Source of the DNA: a virus
Virus record (IMG/VR): IMGVR_UViG_3300049491_000955
Span: 18,082 to 82,081 of that record
Direction: 5' to 3' (one strand)
Length of the DNA stretch: 64,000 nucleotides
Shown here: positions 55,288-64,000 of the stretch, piece after piece
Layout of the letters: each line of letters begins with the position of its first letter
Numbering within the stretch: the first letter of the stretch is position 1
The notes under the pieces: generated by a model
Seen by the model: the letters and a program-made list of their open reading frames with translations, nothing else
Told to the model about the DNA's origin: nothing
The model's database searches: none
Translations under genes and position numbers: made by a program

Positions 55288-56291
55288 TCTCTCTGTTTAC
55301 TGACTTTACACAGCCAAAATGATATACTAACAAAATAGCCCGCAGATAGTTCAAAGTATCTGCGGGCTTTGCACAAACCTAGCAACAGGAAATGTACATG
55401 TCCATTATCTTGCATAACTATCAAAATAGTCAAATTAATCAACTTGCTGAAGATACCTTGATCGCTGGAAAGTTGATTCCTAAAGGCTATGTCAATGCTA
55501 CGCAGATGTGTCAAGCAAATAAGAAGCGTTTGGACCACTACTTAGAGAACCAAAAAACTAAAGCCTTTCTGGAGGCGACTTCCACCGTTACCCGGATTTC
55601 CGGGGAGCGGCTAATTATACCAGTTATCGGTGGAAACGATAAGCAAATTCAAGGAACATGGTTTCATCCTAACGTTGCAAACAATTTAGCTCAGTGGATA
55701 TCACCCACTTTTGCGGCATGGTCTGCTGAAGTTTTAACTCGTGTTCTTCAAGGTGATTATCTAGCACTAACCGCAGAAGCTCAGCAAGCTGAAGCCAAAC
55801 TACAAGAAATTTGGGACAGACTACGTTTATCAGGTAAAGTAACTCGCAGAACTCTAACTGATTCCATTAAAGATTATTGTTTTCGTCACGACAAGTCCCT
55901 AAACTACCAAATATTTATTTATCCAAACGTCTCGGATTGTTTGAATGTTGCATTGTTTGGAAAGAAGGCTAAACAGTTGTGTGAAGAACGTCAGTGTGAT
56001 CGAGATTGCTTACGAGACACTCACGCGGAAGCTGATCTGAAAAATATAGATCACGTAGAAGCAAATGCTATGAAATTAATTGATAGACGAGATGTTGAAC
56101 CGTTGGAAGCCATGAGGCAAGCGATCGCACTTTATCTTTAATCTCTCTGTCTACTGATTCTACACAGCCAATTTACACAGCGAAAATGATATACTAACAA
56201 AATAGCTCGCAGATAGTTCAAAGTATCTGCGGGCTTTGCACAAGCCTAGCAACAGGAAATGTACATGTCCATTATCTTGCATAACTATCAA
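55284..56291 (+). repeat. ~140-150-bp direct repeat (55284-55424 and 56138-56291) bracketing the KilA-N gene
   Basis: ttaatctctctgt...gc(c/t)cgcagatagttcaaagtatctgcgggc...aggaaatgtacatgtccattatcttgcataactatcaa. Confidence 0.9.
55392..56141 (+). CDS. KilA-N domain protein with shared C-terminal domain
   Basis: GYVNATQMCQA..KR..HYL...T, QGTW.HP..A..LAQWISP.FA. Confidence 0.9.
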   Translation: MYMSIILHNYQNSQINQLAEDTLIAGKLIPKGYVNATQMCQANKKRLDHYLENQKTKAFLEATSTVTRISGERLIIPVIGGNDKQIQGTWFHPNVANNLAQWISPTFAAWSAEVLTRVLQGDYLALTAEAQQAEAKLQEIWDRLRLSGKVTRRTLTDSIKDYCFRHDKSLNYQIFIYPNVSDCLNVALFGKKAKQLCEERQCDRDCLRDTHAEADLKNIDHVEANAMKLIDRRDVEPLEAMRQAIALYL

Positions 56292-56294
56292 TTA

Positions 56295-56323
56295 TTGACA
56301 AACATGTAGCTACTAGATATACT
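56295..56323 (+). promoter_or_regulatory. sigma70-type promoter
   Basis: TTGACA-N17-TATACT. Confidence 0.8.
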
Positions 56324-56357
56324 GTAGAAATCAACAAAAATAATTTGTTTTATTTTT

Positions 56358-57299
56358 ATGACAGAATTACTTGACCTTTATCGTTTCTTTGTTCATCATC
56401 GCCAACAAACTTTAATTGCTAAGCTAAGCAATCCTTTTCATGTTAGTAACTTGCTCTTACACAATAAATTCACGAATGTTCAAAGAATCTTTGATAGGGT
56501 TAGTCAGTATGAGCTTAAAAATGTTTTGTATACAGGTGATCAAACTCCAGTTGAAGTGTTAAAGCGCATTTTTTTGTTTAATCAATTTAAAACCTCAGTG
56601 TTTTGGGAAAGCTATTCTTCCTATAAAGAAGACATGTATCTAAATAGTTTTTCTTTTGAAGACTTTAACAATTATTTCTTAAAGTCTTCTGGTTCTTCTA
56701 AGATGTTTACAAACGCCTATGTTGTTCCTGGAAAGTCAGGAGAGAGCAAAGGACAGACTATACACAATAGATGTTTGCAACTTAATGCGTATGAAGAAAC
56801 TTTGCAAAAAGCTGTTAATTTACAAAGAATTGATTTGCTTTTTGATACGCTTAAAATTCTTCCTGGCATTGGAGATTTTCTGGCTTCTCAAGTATGTTTT
56901 GATTTTCTTTGGCATAGTTCAACTAAAGATTGGAAGCCATTATATGTTTTAGGCACAGGCGCAATCAGAGGAGCAACAAAGTTAAGCTTAATACAAGCCG
57001 CTAAGCCAAATAAATTTGATTGCATGGCTGCTTTAAACCAAGCTTTTGAGTATGTAATAGAAGATTATCCTTTTTTGTCTGCTAACGGAGTTAAAATTTA
57101 TCCCAACATTGCAGACATTCAAAATACGTTCTGTGAATCCGACAAGTTTCTAAGGCTAGTTCGTCCCGACTTAAAGACAAGCAATACTGCTCCTACTCGC
57201 ATCAAAAACGTTTACAAGCCTAAAGAAGCCATTGATTACTGCGTTCCCGGACACTGGGTCAACAGTGCATCAACTCTTGTTCCGATTGACCAAACTTAA
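56358..57299 (+). CDS. aGPT-Pplase1 / 5-hmdU DNA kinase helical-domain-like protein
   Basis: KFTNVQR..DRVSQY, R..LFN.F, FTNAY, PGIG.FLA.Q...D, G.GA.RG, DIQN.FCE.DK. Confidence 0.72.
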   Translation: MTELLDLYRFFVHHRQQTLIAKLSNPFHVSNLLLHNKFTNVQRIFDRVSQYELKNVLYTGDQTPVEVLKRIFLFNQFKTSVFWESYSSYKEDMYLNSFSFEDFNNYFLKSSGSSKMFTNAYVVPGKSGESKGQTIHNRCLQLNAYEETLQKAVNLQRIDLLFDTLKILPGIGDFLASQVCFDFLWHSSTKDWKPLYVLGTGAIRGATKLSLIQAAKPNKFDCMAALNQAFEYVIEDYPFLSANGVKIYPNIADIQNTFCESDKFLRLVRPDLKTSNTAPTRIKNVYKPKEAIDYCVPGHWVNSASTLVPIDQT

Positions 57300-57427
57300 T
57301 CTCTCCGTATCTCTCTCTAATCTCTCGCTCAAAAGTAGTTCAAAACATAATTCCTGATAAGCGTCAGTTTTCAACCAAGCCAGCCAATATTGGCTGGCTT
57401 TTTTTCCTCTCAATCAATTAAAAAACA

Positions 57428-58114
57428 ATGCCAGCCACTAAAACAAAAGCTAAACTTAAGCAATTCGACTTATCTCAGATATCTGCCGATGCGATCGCGG
57501 GATACTGGTGGGAAATCACCGATGGATCCGATAAAGGTAAATTCCTCTTTAACGACCTTCTTGGATCTATCCGACGAGGCTACGTAGATGAAACGGGAGA
57601 AGTCTTCCGGTACTACTATGTATCCAGTAAAATTATAATTAGCTATGAACAGATCATGTTGTTACCAAGCAAGATGATTACTCATGTCAGTTTGGCAAAT
57701 CCTCACACATTAATTTTCGATGGCACTCTGACGCCCTACAAAGAGCCTGATAAGTCCTCTGTATGGAATGGGTGTAGTGAAGAACGAAGAGAAAAATTAT
57801 TTAACTCTTTAGTTATGTTGGAAGATAACTTACCCTTAGCAACTTACTGGTTGGAGTGCATGATTGCAGAGGATTATATTTTTGCTATTAGAGCTTGGAG
57901 TCAAATGTCTTTAGCTGTTAGACACAAAATTATTTTAGATTGTCAAGAGAATCCCAACAATAGAATCAATAGCGTTGATAAGGTTGACAAGTTCTATCAG
58001 ATTTTTCTAAGAACTTTTCACCTTTTTCTCCCCAAAGTGTTGCCAATAGAAGTGGAAACAGGTATGCAAATGGAAGCGCAAAAAGAGATGCTATTGGAAA
58101 GATTAGCGGCGTGA
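57428..58114 (+). CDS. hypothetical protein
   Basis: 228-aa ORF. Confidence 0.65.
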   Translation: MPATKTKAKLKQFDLSQISADAIAGYWWEITDGSDKGKFLFNDLLGSIRRGYVDETGEVFRYYYVSSKIIISYEQIMLLPSKMITHVSLANPHTLIFDGTLTPYKEPDKSSVWNGCSEERREKLFNSLVMLEDNLPLATYWLECMIAEDYIFAIRAWSQMSLAVRHKIILDCQENPNNRINSVDKVDKFYQIFLRTFHLFLPKVLPIEVETGMQMEAQKEMLLERLAA

Positions 58115-58265
58115 CAACCCCCTGGGTTAAATCGAAAAATCAACATCAAAAAGCCAGAGCGATTGCTCTGGCTTTTTGTGTACAAGCTCGTACACAAAAA
58201 GTGTATTATCAAGTACAATAAAGAAAGGGACAAAACTTCTAACTCTCTTGTCTCTCTTTTTTTTA

Positions 58266-59039
58266 ATGTTAACTCAAATCAAGCCTCAAATTATTGATGG
58301 CGTAGAATTTTACGTTTCTTTAGATGGAAAATCTTCAGGAATGTCTCAAAGAGGATTGTGTAGATTTGGAAGCATTCCTCGTACTAGTTTATACACAATT
58401 ATAACAAATCCTACGGCTCCGTTTTGGGCTTCTAAATGGGCAAAAGGTATAGCTAGTAGCGATTTGGATTGGCTCCAAGATTCGGGCAACGCTCAAGTCA
58501 TATCCAGCAAAGCTTGTTCTGCTTTAGTTGGTTACTTTGGCTTTGAAAAAGGAAATCTTTTAGCAGAAGAAGCTTATCATAGATTTGCAGCAGCCGGAAT
58601 GCACGCATTTATTCTTGTAGCAACAGGCTTTAAAGCGGTCAATCCAGTTGATTCTTTAACTGGTTTTGAAGCGGTTAAACAACTTGCTAGGCTTTATTTA
58701 AACATTGATGAAAATGTAAAAAATAAACCTGGCTTAGCTTCTATTTTGGAAGAATACAGCAACACTAATTATTCGGGACTTCCTGCTGAAAAGATTCTTT
58801 TGAAAGATTATTTACTTTCTAAAAAAGTTGTTCTTGATCGTTCCGAGATGATTAGAGTAAGTGGTGTTGTGGCGGCAACTTACAAAGCGCACAGACATGA
58901 ACTACCTGAATTTAGTAACGTAAGTTATCGGACTGTAAGTGGCAAACGAGCACATCGAAGAAATTATGTTTATGGTATGGAGGATTATCCAATAATAGAT
59001 TCGGCTTTAGTCGCTCTTAATATCAAGTCAGTAGATTGA
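58266..59039 (+). CDS. antirepressor-like DNA-binding protein
   Basis: DGVEFYVS.DG..SGMSQRGL.R; likely start MLTQIK. Confidence 0.7.
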   Translation: MLTQIKPQIIDGVEFYVSLDGKSSGMSQRGLCRFGSIPRTSLYTIITNPTAPFWASKWAKGIASSDLDWLQDSGNAQVISSKACSALVGYFGFEKGNLLAEEAYHRFAAAGMHAFILVATGFKAVNPVDSLTGFEAVKQLARLYLNIDENVKNKPGLASILEEYSNTNYSGLPAEKILLKDYLLSKKVVLDRSEMIRVSGVVAATYKAHRHELPEFSNVSYRTVSGKRAHRRNYVYGMEDYPIIDSALVALNIKSVD

Positions 59040-59349
59040 TGGATTGATTTATTGTTTCTAAAAAGCCAGGCGATAACACTTCGCCTGGCTTTTTGATGTT
59101 TGCGTATCAATAAACTAAAAAAGTTTTTTTAGCGCAATTTCAAGAATTGGAAACTCACAGTTTCTGTAAGCATTAAGCTTAATTGTCTTATATCCTTTTT
59201 TATTCAGAGTTAGTACTGTTGTTGGATCTTGTCCGGTCATGGTACGGTATAATTATTAGATGCCGCAAGAGTAGCGCTAACTACTCTGTTAACAACGACA
59301 CATCTCCCTTGAAGAAGGAGATTAACCACAATCTAAGAGCAATTAGACA

Positions 59350-60099
59350 ATGGCTAACAGCATTATAACAGCTACCGTCGCCTTGGTTCCAGTTGGGCAT
59401 TTAACCATAGAAGGTTTGATGGATGAAGAAGGGAAATATTACGTTGCAGTAACGCAATTTAATCAACTGATAAGTTTCAGTGCATCCAATAACACTATAT
59501 CAAGGGACTTGAAACGTCTACTAGGAGAGAGTTTTAGTCCATCCAAGGCTAAAACTAATCTATATAAACAGCTTATCAATGTTTTCAGTATTGAACAGTT
59601 TGAGCTTGCTTTGACAAAATTAGATAGACTTGGCAATCAAAAAGCACAAGAGTTTAGAGATCAACTGGTTGGATTGTCTTTGCATCAATTATTTTCAGAT
59701 GCATTTAGTGTCAAATTTGAAAAAGAAGAACGTCAAGGATGGATCAAAAAACGCCAAGAAAATATAGATTCTTTTTGGTTAATTGGGGAAGCAACGGAAT
59801 TATACAAAAGCAGACATTCTGAATTATCTCAAAATACTCTGAAATTCATGTATCCTAATTACCAAGACGCGATTAATCGTGGTTTGTTTGGAAAAACTGC
59901 CAAGCAAATTAGAGAAATTCTTGGATTGTCCGACAAGAATAAATTGAATCGTGACCATTACGGAAAGAAAGCACTTGTTAATATTGAATCGATACAACGT
60001 TTAGCGGCACAATTAATCAATCAAGACAAATTGCCGTTAGATGCGGTTAAGCAGGCGTTAAGCTTGTACAGCTACCCGGTGATTGACTTTCTAGACTAG
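59350..60099 (+). CDS. antirepressor-like DNA-binding protein
   Basis: IEGLMDEEG.YYVAV.Q...RDLKRLLG; divergent version of the shared C-terminal domain (DAINRGLFGKTAKQ). Confidence 0.75.
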   Translation: MANSIITATVALVPVGHLTIEGLMDEEGKYYVAVTQFNQLISFSASNNTISRDLKRLLGESFSPSKAKTNLYKQLINVFSIEQFELALTKLDRLGNQKAQEFRDQLVGLSLHQLFSDAFSVKFEKEERQGWIKKRQENIDSFWLIGEATELYKSRHSELSQNTLKFMYPNYQDAINRGLFGKTAKQIREILGLSDKNKLNRDHYGKKALVNIESIQRLAAQLINQDKLPLDAVKQALSLYSYPVIDFLD

Positions 60100-60146
60100 T
60101 ATTGACTTCCAAGTAAAAGCCAGGAGATCGCCTGGCTTTTTTGTAT

Positions 60147-60377
60147 CTACTGATTGTCAAATTGATAGCTAGCTTCCCAGCCGTTCATGAAACCAATTCT
60201 TAAGAATGTAATCAGAGTGGTTTGAGTATTAAAAGGCAATTCATTCCAAGGCAGCATCTCAGGTTGTGCGTCAGTTTCAAGAGACTTTTTTCGACAAGCT
60301 TCATAAGCTTTTTCAGTCAAATCTTCAAAGAATAATTCTTCGACATCTTCCATATTTACTAAGCCAAAAACAAGCAA
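60147..60377 (-). CDS. hypothetical protein
   Basis: AYEA...LPWNELP pattern. Confidence 0.55.
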   Translation of the reverse strand: MLVFGLVNMEDVEELFFEDLTEKAYEACRKKSLETDAQPEMLPWNELPFNTQTTLITFLRIGFMNGWEASYQFDNQ

Positions 60378-61069
60378 TATAATTTTCTGTTAGTAACTGT
60401 CATAGCGTAGCTCGATCCAGCCGAGGCTAACCCGTCTAATTTGATATTGTAGTTGCCAGTAAAACTTCCTGAATGTATTACTGTTCCATCAAAGTTTCCA
60501 TCGGCGATTGAAGAGGGAATCCCTTGGCTTTTTGTTAGTAGATCTATTGCGCCAGTTTCGTCTCTTATCCATCCAACAACTGTTGTAGGCGTTGTTCCTG
60601 TATTGCAATTAAAGTTTGCAGATATGACTGCAATTCTATATACGTTCGTTCCTAAGGCAGCCGTAAAGCTTGCCTGGGTTCTTCGGACGTTATCTGTTTG
60701 TAAAGTGCCATTAGATGGAAAATCAACGTATAAGGCTAAACCATTTTTAACGAAAGCAGTAGTCGCCAGGCGTGTACTATTGTTTGAGTTTCCTTGAGTA
60801 GCAGCAGTGGGGTTTCCCGTTAAGACTGTATCGTTTAAAAGCCCTAAGTTAGTTTGATTTAATTTTCCTACAGTCATCCAGGCAGTGTTACCTGTATTCC
60901 TTTGTTTTAAAAGAAGGTTGGTCGTGTCTGCCCAAAGTTGGTTGGGATAAATAACTAAAGGCTCAACAGTTCCTGAGCTTACACTTCCAAGTGATTGCAA
61001 AGCATTGTTTATATCTGCTCTTGTTGCCGGAAATGTTTGGTTATCAATAATTAAATCGTGTTGTGGCAT
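60359..61069 (-). CDS. tail fibre protein
   Basis: QHD.IIDNQ.FPA.RADINNAL, LWADTT..LLK.RN..N..W, LTGNPTA...STRLATTAFV. Confidence 0.8.
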   Translation of the reverse strand: MPQHDLIIDNQTFPATRADINNALQSLGSVSSGTVEPLVIYPNQLWADTTNLLLKQRNTGNTAWMTVGKLNQTNLGLLNDTVLTGNPTAATQGNSNNSTRLATTAFVKNGLALYVDFPSNGTLQTDNVRRTQASFTAALGTNVYRIAVISANFNCNTGTTPTTVVGWIRDETGAIDLLTKSQGIPSSIADGNFDGTVIHSGSFTGNYNIKLDGLASAGSSYAMTVTNRKLYCLFLA

Positions 61070-61073
61070 GATA

Positions 61074-64000
61074 TTAAATAATTTGTTGACCGTATCCTTT
61101 AGCAATATACCAGATTAATCTAGAAACTCTAGCATTACTGGAGTTTCTAATATTGAATACCAGATCAGAATTAGTCTTGGTAATTATTTCTGTGTAATCT
61201 CCTGCTTGTCCGTTTTGCACTGTTATAGCTACGTCTGGAATAGCTGCAAAAGCTGACTGAAAAGTTATAGTAGTGTCTGCTGATGAGCTTGTAGTTAAAC
61301 TAGCTGATTCTATTTTGTCTGGCATGTCTACGCTAACTTCTAGCTTTTCGACAAAAAAGTTATGGTTGGCGTTATTGCTCTTTAGAATTAATCTAAACTT
61401 AAAAACTCTTGCTGAGTATTCACCAATAAGCAAAGGTTCGTAGTCAGTAAAAGTTATGTTATCTAAAGATGTTGACACCCATAAGCTCATAGAACTGTTG
61501 TCGTTGTCTTCTCCGTCAAAATTTCCAGTTATTTCGTCAAATAAACCTCCTGTTCTGTCAAAACTGATTGATTCATTTACGCTGTATCCTGAAACCTTGG
61601 CGATTATTCTAACAGGATAAACATTAAGTAAATCTATTGGAGAGCTAAAGTCATAATATCCTTCGGGATAGACTGCAAAAAGAAATCCAGCATCATCAAA
61701 ATCTCCAGTAGCGTCATCAAAAAGTCCAAGAAAAGAATCAGCATACCCTGCAACATCGTCAAAATTTCCAGTTAGAGAATCAAAGTCTCCAGATTGGGCA
61801 TCAAAGTAATCTTGAGAATTAAGTTTTAAAAATCCGCCAGCATTTATTACATTTGATTTAAATCCTGTAAAAAGAGGATCTTCTACAAGAGTAGCAACAA
61901 TGTTTTTGTTAATTAAGTCTGGCGCTCCAGCAACAATTATTGTGGCAGCAACGGCTGATTGTTGTCCTGTAGAATCAACCGCTTTTATTAGATAAGTTCC
62001 ATTCATTGCTGGAGTCTGGAAGAAGTTAGAGCTTCCCGCTATCTTATTTACTTCTATTCCGTCTGCCCAGGAAACATCGCTTGTTTTTGAAGTGTATTTT
62101 ATTTTAAAATATCCGCCTACTCGTACATCTAAATCGGGAGATTGATTCCAAGAAAAGCTTGCAAGTGAACTGCTAAAGCTAGCAGTAAAGTTAGTAACAT
62201 CAGAAGGAGGCGAAGTCAGTCCGAGTATGGGAACTGTAACTTCTGCATAAATACTTGAGACATTATAACGATTGTAAACTTTTACTCTAAAATTATAAAT
62301 TCCTGGTGCTAAATCATAAGCTACTGCTGACAAGTCCTTAGTTAATGCAAGTATCTGGAAAGTTGGATCCGCAGTAATTCGATACTCTACTTGATATTTG
62401 TCTAAAAAAGCAGAAGGAGAACCAGCCCAAACTATATCAGCCCGAACTTTTACGCCTCCACTTCCAATATTTTCATATAAAGATTCGGTAACTGTAATTG
62501 TTGTTGGTGGTAAAGGTGGAATAGTCGGATTGGGGTAATTGCTTATTCTTGGCTCGTCCAAAACAAAGCCAGAGTTTTCAACAACAGAGTAGATTGATTC
62601 GTTGTATTCTACACCTGTAATTTCATACAAATGATCTTCAACTTCTGCAACAGAATTACATCTAAATAATTGTGCTTTCAAAACGTTTGATTCCAAGATC
62701 CACAGGTGACGAGGGATCTCAGAGAAAGCAGAGGATACCGTAAGGACTGAGTAAACTCCTGGGACATTTGAGACAGTTCTTGATTCAGTCTTTCCATCAG
62801 ATTTTATGATTGTAAGAGTGTAGGTTACACTGCCCACTAAAGTAACGGAACTATCTAAGGTAACTGATGTGGTAGTAGCTGTTGCAATTCTCCCCCCTAG
62901 CCTGTCCAAAGTTTTCAAAGTATCCATTACCTTGAAAACTTCGCCGGGCAATACTATCGCTCCTTCTGCCCCAACCTTAAATGTAATGACTTGAGTCAAA
63001 AGTCTCTGGCTTAATAGGAGCCATTTCCCCATTCGATAAGCTTGTCCTCGCGATGTACACCCAAAAGCTGTAATTTCTGTTGGGATATATCCGTATCGTG
63101 CGATCGCCGCAGTGTCTTCTACAATCTCTTCGGCAGTTTGATAGGAGTTCTTTGGATCGCTATAACTAACTCTAGCGACTGTGTACCGTGTGTCTAAAGC
63201 GGTTCCACTATAGTTGAAAGGTGGACTTGTTATTTGTCCTGATTCGTCGTAGTCGCAGACAACATTCGCTCTTGTGTATGCCCGGACAGGTGCTGATACT
63301 TTATCTTGGATTGCTGTTAGTTCTCCAGATCTTTCGTACATCATTCCTCTAAAGCAAGAAGCGATAGAAGTTAGCACCCTAAAAGCGTCGTCTTGATTTT
63401 GGATTAAACAATTGCAAGTAAACCTTGGCTCTGTTCCTCCTTTTCCATTGGGAACTAGTTCATCACAGTATTGCCCAATACTGTAAAGGTCAAACACATC
63501 AACCAAAGAAGAGGTTATGTATTTACCCGAACCATATCTATTGTTAGTTGCTAAGTCATAAAAGACCCAAGCCGGATTATTGCAATAAGCTCTATATAAA
63601 TTCCCGTCAAAGTTTCCAATATAATTCCTATTTACTGGGTCGTAATTTGTGGGAATTAGTATTTTTAGCAGTTTTAGTTTCACTGCAATCTTTGGTATGT
63701 TACTGAATTGCTCCGCTGATACTCTTACACCAAAAATTACACTATTGGGATAGTTTAGCTTGACATCAGTTATCTCTGTCAGTGATTGCCAAAATAAACT
63801 GTTTTGAATTGTGGTTTTGTCGCTGTCCGGAGAGAGTCTAGTTAGTCTAATGTCCCAAGGACTGTTGCCAATCAACGGCAGTCGATATGATTCTTCATAA
63901 GAGCCAGAAGTTTTTCCCTGGATCGTTTTATCCATCTGTTGGATGTAAGGGCTGCCCTCAGAAGATAATTCTATTTTAAATCTTACTGAAGATTCTTTAA
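61074..64000 (-). CDS. central tail fibre / host-specificity protein J (5' end outside the window)
   Basis: NPAWVFYDL.TN.RYG.G, YCDELV...EPRF.CN, AFGCTSRGQA.R.G.W; FN3 repeats; frame stays open upstream of 63935 to the window end. Confidence 0.92.
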   Translation of the reverse strand, partial: KESSVRFKIELSSEGSPYIQQMDKTIQGKTSGSYEESYRLPLIGNSPWDIRLTRLSPDSDKTTIQNSLFWQSLTEITDVKLNYPNSVIFGVRVSAEQFSNIPKIAVKLKLLKILIPTNYDPVNRNYIGNFDGNLYRAYCNNPAWVFYDLATNNRYGSGKYITSSLVDVFDLYSIGQYCDELVPNGKGGTEPRFTCNCLIQNQDDAFRVLTSIASCFRGMMYERSGELTAIQDKVSAPVRAYTRANVVCDYDESGQITSPPFNYSGTALDTRYTVARVSYSDPKNSYQTAEEIVEDTAAIARYGYIPTEITAFGCTSRGQAYRMGKWLLLSQRLLTQVITFKVGAEGAIVLPGEVFKVMDTLKTLDRLGGRIATATTTSVTLDSSVTLVGSVTYTLTIIKSDGKTESRTVSNVPGVYSVLTVSSAFSEIPRHLWILESNVLKAQLFRCNSVAEVEDHLYEITGVEYNESIYSVVENSGFVLDEPRISNYPNPTIPPLPPTTITVTESLYENIGSGGVKVRADIVWAGSPSAFLDKYQVEYRITADPTFQILALTKDLSAVAYDLAPGIYNFRVKVYNRYNVSSIYAEVTVPILGLTSPPSDVTNFTASFSSSLASFSWNQSPDLDVRVGGYFKIKYTSKTSDVSWADGIEVNKIAGSSNFFQTPAMNGTYLIKAVDSTGQQSAVAATIIVAGAPDLINKNIVATLVEDPLFTGFKSNVINAGGFLKLNSQDYFDAQSGDFDSLTGNFDDVAGYADSFLGLFDDATGDFDDAGFLFAVYPEGYYDFSSPIDLLNVYPVRIIAKVSGYSVNESISFDRTGGLFDEITGNFDGEDNDNSSMSLWVSTSLDNITFTDYEPLLIGEYSARVFKFRLILKSNNANHNFFVEKLEVSVDMPDKIESASLTTSSSADTTITFQSAFAAIPDVAITVQNGQAGDYTEIITKTNSDLVFNIRNSSNARVSRLIWYIAKGYGQQII

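Noticed and set aside
1-64000. tRNA/rRNA genes, integrase/att site, introns or inteins
   Set aside because: No cloverleaf, recombinase motifs or interrupted conserved genes recognised by eye; tRNAscan-SE and Infernal would be needed to exclude them

Overview
AT-rich segment of a large lambda-like tailed phage (siphovirus-type) of a cyanobacterium. The host call rests on roughly 30 HIP1 GCGATCGC octamers counted by eye, a cyanobacterial-type ThyX and a CopG peptide. The window holds nucleotide and DNA-modification genes (dcd, thyX, a two-ORF C5-methyltransferase, a 5-hmdU-DNA-kinase-like protein) and head-neck-tail genes (protease/scaffold, decoration, capsid, adaptor, tail tube, frameshifted chaperone, K, I, a 2761-aa multi-enzyme tape measure, fibre, and J running off the end), dispersed over both strands. 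It also has a Dda-like helicase, a RuvC-like resolvase and about nine BRO/KilA-N/antirepressor-like genes. Most notable: (1) an operon of membrane proteins plus an FtsK/HerA-type ATPase at 31.3-38.1 kb resembling a DNA-transfer module; (2) antirepressor cassettes with a conserved structured RNA leader, a constant C-terminal domain and swapped N-terminal domains; (3) virion genes placed head-to-head on a shared CATG; (4) two distant non-coding regions sharing TGTCAC boxes, one with a 166-bp tandem repeat. No terminase, portal, integrase, tRNA or CRISPR array was seen. All family assignments come from motif recognition by eye, not from database searches.
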